From positions 1 to 28,535 of IMG/VR virus record IMGVR_UViG_3300025913_000091: 28,535 nt of DNA. One strand, given 5' to 3'. Positions 14,374 through 24,492 of the stretch are shown one piece after another (the first letter of the stretch is position 1; each line of letters starts with the position of its first letter). The DNA comes from a virus. A model generated the notes under the pieces. That model worked only from the letters and a program-made list of their open reading frames with translations, was not told the DNA's origin and did not search any database. Both the position numbers and the translations under genes were made by a program.

Positions 14374-14489
14374 GAGGGCCAGTTTATTGCCCTCGTGGGC
14401 CGTAGGCTACCCCATTCTCAGGCCCCCGATTATTCCTGGGCCCTTCGGTGGGCCACGGTGGGGCGGCTGGGGACTGGTAGGAAGGGTGG

Positions 14490-14609
14490 CTAGCGGCTGG
14501 ACGGGCCGGCCGAGGTCAGGCGCTTCCAGGCCCACTTGAAGGCGCTGAAAGCGATGGCACCCAGCAGCAGGCCCAGCAGGACCTGCTCGAGGTCGACGAG
14601 CAGGCGCAT
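14490..14609 (-). CDS. very small membrane protein (39 aa)
   Basis: TGATG overlap with the upstream stop; MRLLVDLEQVLLGLLLGAIAFSAFKWAWKRL. Confidence 0.35.
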   Translation of the reverse strand: MRLLVDLEQVLLGLLLGAIAFSAFKWAWKRLTSAGPSSR

Positions 14610-15001
14610 CAGGCGTCCTCGGGGACGGTCGGCGTCACCGGGTAGCTGTGGACGGCGTCGTCGATGACCGCCTCGGCAGCGCTGAAGGCCCGGTCGCGGG
14701 CGCGCTTTGCCTGCCAGGACCGCACCCAGGCGACCAGGGTGACGGCGATCAGGGCGTACATCCCGACGGAGGCCGCGGCCTCCTTGTCGGACATGACGAG
14801 GTACGGCACGCAGATCAGGAGGTTCGTCAGCGACAGGGCCGCGTGGACCCGGCTGCGGGAGTCGAACTCGTGGGCCGCCGAGCCTTCGGCAGAGAGGGCA
14901 TCGGAGACGGGCTCCAGCGCCTTGTAGCCTTCTCCCTTCCAGTCGATCTTGTTCAACTGGAGGATCAGGCGCCTGTTGACGTTTGGGAAGGTCAGTTGCA
15001 T
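14609..15001 (-). CDS. membrane protein (2 TM)
   Basis: 130 aa; TM stretches ALSLTNLLICVPYLV and VGMYALIAVTLVAWV. Confidence 0.7.
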   Translation of the reverse strand: MQLTFPNVNRRLILQLNKIDWKGEGYKALEPVSDALSAEGSAAHEFDSRSRVHAALSLTNLLICVPYLVMSDKEAAASVGMYALIAVTLVAWVRSWQAKRARDRAFSAAEAVIDDAVHSYPVTPTVPEDA

Positions 15002-15010
15002 GGTGGCCTG

Positions 15011-15040
15011 ATACTAGGCCACCGCCTCGTTCCTTTGCAC
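15011..15040 (-). promoter_or_regulatory. sigma70-like promoter, near-leaderless, for CDS 15001
   Basis: GTGCAA-N18-TAGTAT (- strand), then 9 nt to the ATG; the TAG is the upstream stop; embedded in hairpin GGTGGCCT-N6-AGGCCACC. Confidence 0.5.
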
Positions 15041-15310
15041 GGTCCCCACGTCAACGAGGGACGCCGGCTCCAGGGCCCGGAAGCTGGACCCGGGCCCCGG
15101 GACCTCGCGCAGCACCACGCAGACCTTGTCGGGGGCCAGGGCGCTGCGGCGGTCGTCGAAGACGTGGGAGACGCCCGTCACCAGGAAGTGACGGGTCTTG
15201 TTGCCGATGTAGCCGTGCCAGACGAGCCGCTCGCCCTCGCGGGGCTCGACCAGCACGTCCCTGACCCGGACCCACAGCGGCTCGTCTTCGCGGAGGAACT
15301 CGACCCTCAT
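15014..15310 (-). CDS. hypothetical protein
   Basis: ATG 15310 (MRVEFLREDEPLWVRV..) chosen; the upstream in-frame part covers a promoter-like intergenic stretch. Confidence 0.65.
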   Translation of the reverse strand: MRVEFLREDEPLWVRVRDVLVEPREGERLVWHGYIGNKTRHFLVTGVSHVFDDRRSALAPDKVCVVLREVPGPGSSFRALEPASLVDVGTVQRNEAVA

Positions 15311-15318
15311 GGCGGCGG

Positions 15319-15347
15319 TAAGTACCCCGCGCGCGGGCCGCAAGAAC
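15319..15347 (-). promoter_or_regulatory. candidate promoter, leaderless type, for CDS 15310
   Basis: GTTCTT-N17-TACTTA (- strand), then 8 nt to the ATG (weak -35). Confidence 0.35.
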
Positions 15348-15372
15348 CCGGGTGTTATAGGTCGTAATCGTC

Positions 15373-15785
15373 CTAACGACGCCGCCGACCGAAGTTCCCC
15401 TCTGAACCATCGGTGTTCCACGACTCGTGGTAGTAGTCACGGGTCGGGTCTGGCATCGACAACAGGCGCAGGGCCGGCGCGCCGAGGGTGGCCACGTAGC
15501 CCGGAAAGTCATCGACCAGGACGTCGAGGCCAATCTCCCGGGCCTTGACCGCCTTGCACTCCTCGCCGTGAAGCGAGTAGTCGCACGAGTGGATCCGCTC
15601 CGGCAGGACGTCGAATCCGTTGCGAGCGATCACCCAGTCGACGCACTTCTCGTGCGGGTGCATGTCGCTGAGGACGTGTACTTCGACCTCGGGAGAGGCG
15701 GCGAGCGCGGCCACCACGGGTCGCAGCAGGTCGGGGTACTTCGACAGCACCCCGCCGATGTCAAAGCCGACCTTGACGACGCGGC

Positions 15786-15789
<4 letters not shown>
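15373..15789 (-). CDS. HAD-fold-like protein with non-canonical motif I
   Basis: GTGA overlap with the groEL stop; VGFDIGGVLS resembles HAD DxDxV but has Gly in place of the second Asp; later VLVDDF. Confidence 0.7.
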
Positions 15790-17430
<1,641 letters not shown>

Positions 17431-17444
<14 letters not shown>

Positions 17445-17460
17445 GGCCACATGGTACAAT
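17431..17460 (+). promoter_or_regulatory. sigma70-like promoter with extended -10, for the HEG at 17480
   Basis: GTGTTG-N18(..TGG)-TACAAT, then 19 nt to GTG 17480; the -10 overlaps the groEL -10 on the other strand. Confidence 0.5.
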
Positions 17461-17479
17461 TTCTGGAACAGGTCTACAC
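17451..17479 (-). promoter_or_regulatory. sigma70-like promoter, leaderless type, for groEL
   Basis: GTGTAG-N17-TACCAT (- strand), then 6 nt to ATG 17444. Confidence 0.55.
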
Positions 17480-18055
17480 GTGAAGCACAAGTACCACATC
17501 ATCTACAAGACAACCTGCACGGTGACCGATCGCTACTACGTCGGGATGCACTCGACAAACGACTTGAACGACAGGTACCTGGGTTCAGGAAAGGTCCTGT
17601 TTCACTCGATTCGCAAGCACGGCCGGCACAATCACAGGTACGAGATTCTCGAGCACGCCTCCACCCGCGAGGAGCTGACGCAGCGTGAAAAGGAAATCGT
17701 GAACGCAGATCTCGTCGCTGATCCGAATTGCCTCAACCTCGTGCAAGGAGGTAACACGGCGCCATACGAGTACGACCGTAACCCAAAGTCGTCTCAGTTG
17801 CAAGCACAGTCGCTAAGGCAACACTTCGCGAATCACGAGAACCGCGAGAGGCAACGTAGGATCAACTCGGGCGCGTGTCAGCGTCTTGACGTGATCAAGA
17901 ACATCGCCAAGAAACTCACTGTCGAAGATGTTCGTGAAATCAGGCGCCTCTACGAGGCAGGTGAACACGATTATGCTGCGTTGGGCCGGCAATTCAACGT
18001 CAGTGGAAACACGATCTGGATGATCGTGACGCGGCGAACCTGGAAGCACGTCTAG
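17480..18055 (+). CDS. GIY-YIG homing endonuclease (Seg-like) with C-terminal HTH
   Basis: YHIIYKTT..YYVGMHST..LGSG..REKE..N motifs; C-terminal VEDVREIRRLYEAGEHDYAALGRQFNVSGNTIWMIVTRRTWKH; GC about 50%. Confidence 0.9.
   Translation: MKHKYHIIYKTTCTVTDRYYVGMHSTNDLNDRYLGSGKVLFHSIRKHGRHNHRYEILEHASTREELTQREKEIVNADLVADPNCLNLVQGGNTAPYEYDRNPKSSQLQAQSLRQHFANHENRERQRRINSGACQRLDVIKNIAKKLTVEDVREIRRLYEAGEHDYAALGRQFNVSGNTIWMIVTRRTWKHV
17480..18055 (+). mobile_element. free-standing homing endonuclease gene inserted antisense in a - strand operon
   Basis: Low-GC island on the opposite strand, between the groEL promoter and the 3' end of the upstream - strand gene. Confidence 0.7.
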
Positions 18056-18309
18056 GTTGACGCTTCCACCCTCAGTGCGACGGGGCGGCCCCGTCGCCAG
18101 GCCACCGCCACGTGGCCTGCCCGGTAGTCGCTGACCAGGGCGACCAGGAACAGCCTCTGCTGTGCGTCCTTGGCCCGCTCGACGCAGAGCAGCAGGCGCC
18201 GCTCAGTGAAGTCGACGACGTTGGGAGGCAGGCTGACGTGCAGCTGGAAGTCAGTGCCCCTCTCGAGGCGCTTGGTGGGCCGGCGGGCGCTGTCAGTGGC
18301 CATCACCAT
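18052..18309 (-). CDS. hypothetical protein
   Basis: 85 aa from ATG 18309; overlaps the HEG stop convergently by 4 nt; high GC3. Confidence 0.55.
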   Translation of the reverse strand: MVMATDSARRPTKRLERGTDFQLHVSLPPNVVDFTERRLLLCVERAKDAQQRLFLVALVSDYRAGHVAVAWRRGRPVALRVEAST

Positions 18310-18311
18310 AG

Positions 18312-18473
18312 CTAGGTCGCCCGGGACCGGCGCTTTTGCCGCAGGCGCTCCACCACCTGCGCATTCTTCTTCTTGAGAAGCTCGACCTGCCTGCGACCTT
18401 GAGCCTCCTTGGCCTGTAGCAGGCCACGCTCGACCCCCGTCGCAGTCGACAGGTCGAAGTCGTAGGCGCGCAT
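18312..18473 (-). CDS. small basic coiled-coil protein (53 aa)
   Basis: MRAYDFDLSTATGVERGLLQAKEAQGRRQVELLKKKNAQVVERLRQKRRSRAT; below the track cutoff. Confidence 0.4.
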   Translation of the reverse strand: MRAYDFDLSTATGVERGLLQAKEAQGRRQVELLKKKNAQVVERLRQKRRSRAT

Positions 18474-18484
18474 GAGCTCGCCGA

Positions 18485-19876
18485 TCAGGCCGGCTCGTTG
18501 AGGTCTTCGAAAGGGCCGTCGCCTTCCTCCGGCACGGCCTCCTTCTCGTGGGCCGAGAAGTCGGGAAAGCCGCTGTCGTCATCGTCATTGACGGGAGGAC
18601 CCAAGCGCCCCACCTTGGCCACCTTGGCCCGTCGCTCGTGGTGCTCTTCCACCAGCTTCAGCATCCGCTGGACGTCCTCCTCGGACTGGCGGGTCGTCAT
18701 CTCCTCCACGCGGAGGGCCAGCTCCTTGACCGACTCGTTGGCCTCCTCGGGCGACATGAAGCGGCGCCGGTTGACGTACTCGCCGATGAAGGCGATGGGC
18801 CAGTCCTTGACCTCGCCGAAGCCGTCCGAGTACTCGCCCAGGACGTGGCGGACGACCTCCTCGTCCATCTTGTCGATCAGGTACAGCTCATCGATGCGCT
18901 CCGGGCGCATCAGGGCCTCGTCCAGCTTGTGGCGGTCATTGACGGTGACGACGACCAGCTTGACCTTCTGCTTGAAGTACTGGAGCGTCTCCAGCAGCGA
19001 GGCCTGCCCGTGGGCCCGGTCGAAGTCGTCCAGGATGACGGCGTCGGGCTCGAAGATGCTGACGGCCTCGAACAGGGTCGAGTTGTCGAGCTGGCCCAGG
19101 TCGCCGATCCGGATGCGGAAGGAGCGCATGCCCATCAGCTCCACGATGGTGCGGGCCAGGGTGCTCTTGCCGGTGCCGGGCGGCCCGAAGAACATCACCG
19201 AGCGCGACACGCCGGCGGCCAGGGGCCGCTTCAGGTAGGCCGCGTAGTCGGTGGCCCGCTTCGACAGCTTGGACTCGAAGGCGTTGTCGACCTCGAAGAC
19301 GACCCGAGAGTCGGTGGACAGGGTGGCCCGGTTGTTGCGGGACATCAGGAGCGACTTGCCCTGGAACTGCTCCCACAGCAGCTGCTTGATGCACTCGCGG
19401 GCGTCTTCCAGCCGCACCGTCTCCACGTAGACGTGGTCGACCAGGCGCGAGCTGCCGACGTAGGTCCAGCCGCACCTGACACCGTTGGGCAGGGTGCAGA
19501 TGCGCACGTAGGTGTGCTCCTCCGTCGTCTTGATGCGCTCGTAGGGGAAGCGCGCGAGGACCTTCAGCAGGTTCTGGTTGAAGTCGGAGGAGAAAGGCTC
19601 CGTCCACTCGTCGCCCGAGAAGTAGTCGTCCGCCCACACCTCCACGTCCTCGATCAGGGCCGTGCACAGGCTGAAGAGCGACTTGGCTCCCGTCCACCAG
19701 TTGGGCTTCTCCAGGAAGGGAGACATGGCATCGCTCACCTTGGTCCCCAGGGTGATGGCCCGCTTCAGCTTGCCGATGCTGAGGTACTGCCCCAGCTCGT
19801 CGAGCACTCCCGTCTTGTCCAGCTGCAGCGTCCCCCCGTCGTCATCGTCCATCTGGGCCTTGCGCCGCCTCGCCAT
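18485..19876 (-). CDS. classical AAA+ ATPase with a large unique N-terminal domain and acidic C-terminus
   Basis: Walker A GPPGTGKS, Walker B AVILDDFD, RPERID arginine-finger region. ATG 19876 has a GAAGGTG SD; alternative starts are 19924 and 19948. Confidence 0.9.
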   Translation of the reverse strand: MARRRKAQMDDDDGGTLQLDKTGVLDELGQYLSIGKLKRAITLGTKVSDAMSPFLEKPNWWTGAKSLFSLCTALIEDVEVWADDYFSGDEWTEPFSSDFNQNLLKVLARFPYERIKTTEEHTYVRICTLPNGVRCGWTYVGSSRLVDHVYVETVRLEDARECIKQLLWEQFQGKSLLMSRNNRATLSTDSRVVFEVDNAFESKLSKRATDYAAYLKRPLAAGVSRSVMFFGPPGTGKSTLARTIVELMGMRSFRIRIGDLGQLDNSTLFEAVSIFEPDAVILDDFDRAHGQASLLETLQYFKQKVKLVVVTVNDRHKLDEALMRPERIDELYLIDKMDEEVVRHVLGEYSDGFGEVKDWPIAFIGEYVNRRRFMSPEEANESVKELALRVEEMTTRQSEEDVQRMLKLVEEHHERRAKVAKVGRLGPPVNDDDDSGFPDFSAHEKEAVPEEGDGPFEDLNEPA

Positions 19877-19937
19877 GCAGTCACCTTCTGCGGCGTACTT
19901 GCCGCGATACTTTTGCGTTCCCATGCCACAAAAGCGC

Positions 19938-19972
19938 CTCGGGGGCACCTTCCAGAGAAAGGTACCCCCGAG
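19938..19972 (-). terminator. hairpin after apt (candidate terminator, overlaps a promoter)
   Basis: On the - strand CUCGGGGGUACC-N11-GGUGCCCCCGAG (one G-U pair), then GCGCUUUUG. Confidence 0.35.
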
Positions 19973-19988
19973 CGCAGCCGGTGTTCAA
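19959..19988 (-). promoter_or_regulatory. sigma70-like promoter for the AAA+ ATPase gene
   Basis: TTGAAC-N18-TACCTT (- strand). Confidence 0.5.
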
Positions 19989-19998
19989 CTGCGGGCTG

Positions 19999-20670
<672 letters not shown>

Positions 20671-20680
20671 GGCATTGACC

Positions 20681-21625
20681 TCAGACGAAGAGGGAGCTGA
20701 CGGAGTCGCCCCGGTGGATGCGCTTGATGGCCTCGGCCAGCAAGGGCGCGATGGAGACGATGCTGAACTTGCCGCTGGCCTGCGCCTCGGGCGACAGCGA
20801 CACGGTGTCGGTGCCGATGACCTCGACGAGGGGGCTCTCACTGACGCGAGCGACGGCCGGGCCCGACAGGACCAAGTGGGTGGCACTGGCCGCCACGCTC
20901 TCTGCGCCGGCGCCGATGAGGGCGTTGGCGGCGTTCACCAGGGTGCCGGCGGTGTCGATCATGTCGTCGACGATGAGGCAGCGGCGGCCCTTGACGTCGC
21001 CGATGATGTTCATGACCTCCGACTTGTTCGAGACGGTCTGGTCCCGGCGCTTGTCGATGAGCGCCAGCGTGGAACCCGGGATCTCCTTGGAGTACCACCG
21101 GGCCCGCTCGGTGCCGCCGGCATCGGGCGAGACGACGACGCAGCCCCGGTAGCGGTCGCGGAGGTGCCCCTCGACCATCACCTTCTTGGCCTCGAGGTTG
21201 TCGAACGGGACGTTGGTGAAGCCCTGGATCTGGGCCGCGTGCAGGTCGACGGAGACCAACCGGGCCGCCCCTCCGTTGACCAACACGTCGGTCGCCACCT
21301 TGGCCGAGATGGGCGTCCGCGGGACTGCCTTGCGATCCTGGCGGGCCAGACCGAAGTAGGGCAGCACGGCCGTGATGGACCGAACCGAGGCCCGGCGGAA
21401 GGCGTCCATGGTGACCAGGGCCTCCAGCAGGTTCTCGCCGACGGGCGCGCAGGTGGACTGGATGTAGTAGATGTCGGCCTTGCGGACGTTCTCCAGGATG
21501 GCAGCATGGGGCTCGCCGTCGGAGAAGCGCTTCACCTTCATCTTGCCGACCTGCATGTCGGCCGACATGCAGGCGACGACCGCGGCCGTCAGGGCCTCGC
21601 AGGACTTCCCGCCGAAGATCTTCAT
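20681..21625 (-). CDS. prs: ribose-phosphate pyrophosphokinase (PRPP synthetase)
   Basis: MKIFGG.., RFSDGE, VDLHAAQIQGF, SPDAGG and IVDDMIDTAGT motifs; 314 aa. Confidence 0.95.
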   Translation of the reverse strand: MKIFGGKSCEALTAAVVACMSADMQVGKMKVKRFSDGEPHAAILENVRKADIYYIQSTCAPVGENLLEALVTMDAFRRASVRSITAVLPYFGLARQDRKAVPRTPISAKVATDVLVNGGAARLVSVDLHAAQIQGFTNVPFDNLEAKKVMVEGHLRDRYRGCVVVSPDAGGTERARWYSKEIPGSTLALIDKRRDQTVSNKSEVMNIIGDVKGRRCLIVDDMIDTAGTLVNAANALIGAGAESVAASATHLVLSGPAVARVSESPLVEVIGTDTVSLSPEAQASGKFSIVSIAPLLAEAIKRIHRGDSVSSLFV

Positions 21626-21630
21626 GCGAC

Positions 21631-21816
21631 TCACGATTCGTCCTCCTCGTCGTCCTCGCTGGAGGACTTGGACGGCGCGGCCACTACCGTCACGGGTCGG
21701 CCGCGGACGATGGTCACGATGCCCTTGACGATGGCGAGCCCGATCCAGAGCGCGCAGAACAGGGTCCAGCCCGGGTACGTCCGGACGATCACGGCGATGG
21801 CTTCCGACACGGTCAC
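21631..21816 (-). CDS. small membrane protein with acidic tail
   Basis: GTG after GAGAGGAAG; WTLFCALWIGLAIVKGIVTIV TM; C-terminus SSSEDDEEDES. Confidence 0.55.
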   Translation of the reverse strand: MTVSEAIAVIVRTYPGWTLFCALWIGLAIVKGIVTIVRGRPVTVVAAPSKSSSEDDEEDES

Positions 21817-21835
21817 CTTCCTCTCTGTGTGGCCA

Positions 21836-21865
21836 GTTGTACCACAAGGAAGGCCCGACTTTCAC
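21836..21865 (-). promoter_or_regulatory. sigma70-like promoter with leader, for 21816/prs/apt
   Basis: GTGAAA-N18(..TGG)-TACAAC (- strand); 19-nt leader with SD. Confidence 0.55.
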
Positions 21866-21871
21866 GGCCTC

Positions 21872-22180
21872 CTACCGCCGCTGGGCCGGGGCTGCGGTCG
21901 ACGGAGGCACCGTCGGCGGGCTCGGAATGGAGCACGGGGCCGGCGTGATCTCTCCGGCGATGTTGGTGGCATCGATGACGGCCCGGCACACGTCGGGGTC
22001 GTCCGCTGACCTGATGCCCCAGTCGAGGAAGGCCAGCACGTCGGCCCCCACTGCCGAACCGGCGGCCGCGTGGGCGACCAAGGCCTGGCGCACGGCCAGG
22101 ATCATGCCCCTCGTCATCCCGCTGAAGTTGACGGTGTAGTCGTTGGGCTTACCGCGCCTTCTCGTGATCTTGCACTCCAT
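21872..22180 (-). CDS. hypothetical protein
   Basis: 102 aa, high GC3; GGAAGAGGA SD before the ATG. Confidence 0.6.
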   Translation of the reverse strand: MECKITRRRGKPNDYTVNFSGMTRGMILAVRQALVAHAAAGSAVGADVLAFLDWGIRSADDPDVCRAVIDATNIAGEITPAPCSIPSPPTVPPSTAAPAQRR

Positions 22181-22403
22181 GGTGATCCTCTTCCCTCCCT
22201 GCGCGCTCTTCCGCCTCCGGCGCGAGGCCGGCGCACGCCTCGCACTTGTTCTGCATGTCGCCCTTCTCGGCCCGGGTGATGCCGCCTACCCTGATCCCGC
22301 ACAGGGTGCGAAAGCAGTCAGGACGCCCGAAGGCGGGAAAGACGTAGTGCTCCCAGTCGGTGCGGCCCACGTAGCCGATCCTGCCCCAGCGATGGAACCT
22401 CAC
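22149..22403 (-). CDS. hypothetical Cys-containing protein
   Basis: GTGA overlap with the upstream stop; CFRTLC..CEAC; overlaps the next gene by 32 nt. Confidence 0.5.
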   Translation of the reverse strand: MRFHRWGRIGYVGRTDWEHYVFPAFGRPDCFRTLCGIRVGGITRAEKGDMQNKCEACAGLAPEAEERAGREEDHHGVQDHEKAR

Positions 22404-22600
22404 GTTGACGCCTCCTGGGCTTCCTTTTTCCCGCGCTGGCGCTCACGGTGCTCGATGGCCCGCTCTTCGGCGTCCGGGGCACCGTGGCGGTAGTCGCGAG
22501 CGATCTTGCTCTTGCGAGCCCCGCGGCCTTTGCCCGCCCGAACTCCCGGGGCGACCCCGTCGACGGCGCGAACAGTGCGGCTGTGCTGAGAACGGCTCAT
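22400..22600 (-). CDS. small basic protein (66 aa)
   Basis: ATGA overlap with the upstream stop; Arg/Lys-rich. Confidence 0.45.
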   Translation of the reverse strand: MSRSQHSRTVRAVDGVAPGVRAGKGRGARKSKIARDYRHGAPDAEERAIEHRERQRGKKEAQEAST

Positions 22601-22914
22601 CCCCATCTCCTGTGAGGCACGCGCCCCTGCTCTACCGCCCCATCGAGCACGTCGTTGAGGCACTCGGCAGCGACCTCCCAAATATCGTAGGTGCGGCTCA
22701 GGCGGTTGAATTTTGCCAGCTGCGTCTTCCTGTCAGGTTCATTACAGTCCAGTGCCCGCAGCTGCTCGTCGAGCCAGTAGCCCAGCGACACCAGGTTCCT
22801 AGTCGTCGGGTCGGGGGCCCAGTTGGGCGGGCGCCCGGCGGCCCAAGGCGCGAACAGGCGGTCGATGTCAGCATTGACCGCAGCCCGCACTGTGCCTGGT
22901 TCAAACCGGTCCAT
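22597..22914 (-). CDS. hypothetical protein
   Basis: ATG 22914 (MDRFEPGTVRAAV..) lies 7 nt after a -10; high GC3. Confidence 0.65.
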   Translation of the reverse strand: MDRFEPGTVRAAVNADIDRLFAPWAAGRPPNWAPDPTTRNLVSLGYWLDEQLRALDCNEPDRKTQLAKFNRLSRTYDIWEVAAECLNDVLDGAVEQGRVPHRRWG

Positions 22915-22921
22915 GTGGCGG

Positions 22922-22950
22922 ATGGTACTTCGGGCGGCCGCGGTTTTACC
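22922..22950 (-). promoter_or_regulatory. sigma70-like promoter, leaderless type, for CDS 22914
   Basis: GGTAAA-N17-TACCAT (- strand), then 7 nt to the ATG. Confidence 0.45.
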
Positions 22951-23179
22951 GAGCGGGAGCCTCGAAGAGGATGAGGTGGTTGCGGTGCCAGCGAATCCAC
23001 CGGCGACCCAGTTGCTTGCTGTCGTGGCCCCTCGAGCCGCCGTCGAGCCTGACGCGCTGCCTGAGCTGGTCGACCTCGACGACCTCGCCGGTCGTGATCC
23101 AGGTCGAGGAGCCCTCGCGGCCCGGGTAGGCGACCACATCGCCCTTCTTGACCTCTCGCAAGTACCTGTCTGTCAGCAT
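22946..23179 (-). CDS. small SH3/KOW-like protein
   Basis: VKKGDVVAYPG..TTGEVVEVD pattern; GAGG SD. Confidence 0.65.
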   Translation of the reverse strand: MLTDRYLREVKKGDVVAYPGREGSSTWITTGEVVEVDQLRQRVRLDGGSRGHDSKQLGRRWIRWHRNHLILFEAPAR

Positions 23180-23186
23180 GGCGACC

Positions 23187-23465
23187 TCACATGTTGGAAT
23201 CGACGAAGAGTTCGTCCCGGCGCTGCTTGACGTGCTCCATGACGCGGGCGCTGGCGTAGTCGGCCCAGGTCACCGCGAAGTCGTCGAGGCGACGGTAGTC
23301 GCGCGACTCCAGGGCGGCCCTCAGGTCCTGCTGCATCTGGTCGAGCTTGAGCTCCTCGCGGCTGCGGGCCTCTGAGGCGCGGCGGGACCAGGCCCAGACG
23401 GCCTTGAGGCCCGCCGCGCCCCCGAAGAGCAAGGCGACCAGCGCGATCACCTCCGCGGCGACCAC
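23187..23465 (-). CDS. membrane-anchored coiled-coil protein
   Basis: GTG 1 nt after the SPFH stop; N-terminal TM VIALVALLFGGAAGL. Confidence 0.65.
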   Translation of the reverse strand: MVAAEVIALVALLFGGAAGLKAVWAWSRRASEARSREELKLDQMQQDLRAALESRDYRRLDDFAVTWADYASARVMEHVKQRRDELFVDSNM

Positions 23466-23466
23466 G

Positions 23467-24417
23467 TCACTTCTTCCGGTTGCCGGGGGTGATCTGGATC
23501 ACGGCGGACGGGTCGCCCGGCAGCATCACCGAGCTGCCGTTCTGGGCCGCGTAGTAGTAGACGTCCCGGACGTAGTACTCCGGGTTGCGCTTCAGGGCGG
23601 CGCCCTCGATGTCGATCTTCTTGGCCTTGGCCTGCGCCTCGACCTCGGCGCGGACCACCTCCAGGCGCGCCGTCTCGATCTCGGCCTTGATCTTCTCCTG
23701 CTCGGCGATCGCCTTATCGCGGAGGATGGCCTGGGCCGCGCGCTCGGCGTTGGCCTTGTCCATCGCCTCCGGGAAGTCGAGGTTGCTGAGGTTGAGGCTG
23801 TAGACGGTGACGAACAGCGGGTTCTGCTTCTTGAGGTACTCGTCGAACGTGGCCTTGATCTTGCCGAAGATCTCGTCGCGCTTGGCGTTGACGTCGTTGG
23901 CGATGTAGGCCGACACCGACTCCCGCACCGCCTCGCCGATGGCAGGCCGGATGAAGGTGCGGTAGACCTGGTCGGCGGTGATGGTCAGCTTCGGGTCGGC
24001 CGTCGAGGCCGTCTGGGCCTGCGTCGTCTTGTCGCCCGCCGGCGCCGGGGGCGCGCCCTCGGGGGACAGCTTCTCAAGCAGGGCCTGGACGACCTCGCCC
24101 TTGTCGCAGGCCGCGCCGTAGTTGATGTAGATGTCGAGCGAGAACTGGACGTTGTCCTTGGTCAGGGACGTCAGGTGCTCCTTGACGGTGTGCTGCCCGC
24201 ACTCGACCATCCGGACCTCGGGGTAGATCGCGGTGAAGTAGGTGCCCGGGCCGAGGATGGGGCCCTCGAAGCCGCGGCCGCCCGAGTAGAAGGCCATCGG
24301 CCCCGTCTTGTCGAACATCCGGCCCTTGTGGGCGGGCGGGATCTCCTGGCTCGAGCAGCCGACGCTCAGCGCCGCGAGGGCGGCCAGGAACGCGGACTTC
24401 AGGCTACGCTTCATCAT
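23467..24417 (-). CDS. SPFH/band-7 (prohibitin/HflC-like) lipoprotein
   Basis: Lipobox LSVGC; SPFH core followed by an Ala/Glu/Lys coiled coil (AERAAQAILRDKAIAEQEKIKAEIETARLE). Confidence 0.85.
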   Translation of the reverse strand: MMKRSLKSAFLAALAALSVGCSSQEIPPAHKGRMFDKTGPMAFYSGGRGFEGPILGPGTYFTAIYPEVRMVECGQHTVKEHLTSLTKDNVQFSLDIYINYGAACDKGEVVQALLEKLSPEGAPPAPAGDKTTQAQTASTADPKLTITADQVYRTFIRPAIGEAVRESVSAYIANDVNAKRDEIFGKIKATFDEYLKKQNPLFVTVYSLNLSNLDFPEAMDKANAERAAQAILRDKAIAEQEKIKAEIETARLEVVRAEVEAQAKAKKIDIEGAALKRNPEYYVRDVYYYAAQNGSSVMLPGDPSAVIQITPGNRKK

Positions 24418-24452
24418 CAGAGCGGACTCCTTTGGAGGTTGGTGTGGTGGGG

Positions 24453-24482
24453 AAGGTACCCCAGCGCGCTGCCAGGGTACAC
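24453..24482 (-). promoter_or_regulatory. sigma70-like promoter with leader, for the SPFH operon
   Basis: GTGTAC-N18-TACCTT (- strand); 35-nt leader with AAAGGAG. Confidence 0.55.
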
Positions 24483-24492
24483 AGGCCGGGGA

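Noticed and set aside
14374-14489. 116-nt convergent intergenic region with repeated GGGCC and TTATT islands and short hairpins (for example GAGGGC-N9-GCCCTC at 14373-14393)
   Set aside because: The stems are only 5-6 bp, with no U-tract and no recognisable RNA family. It is probably just weak bidirectional termination, so no RNA gene was called.
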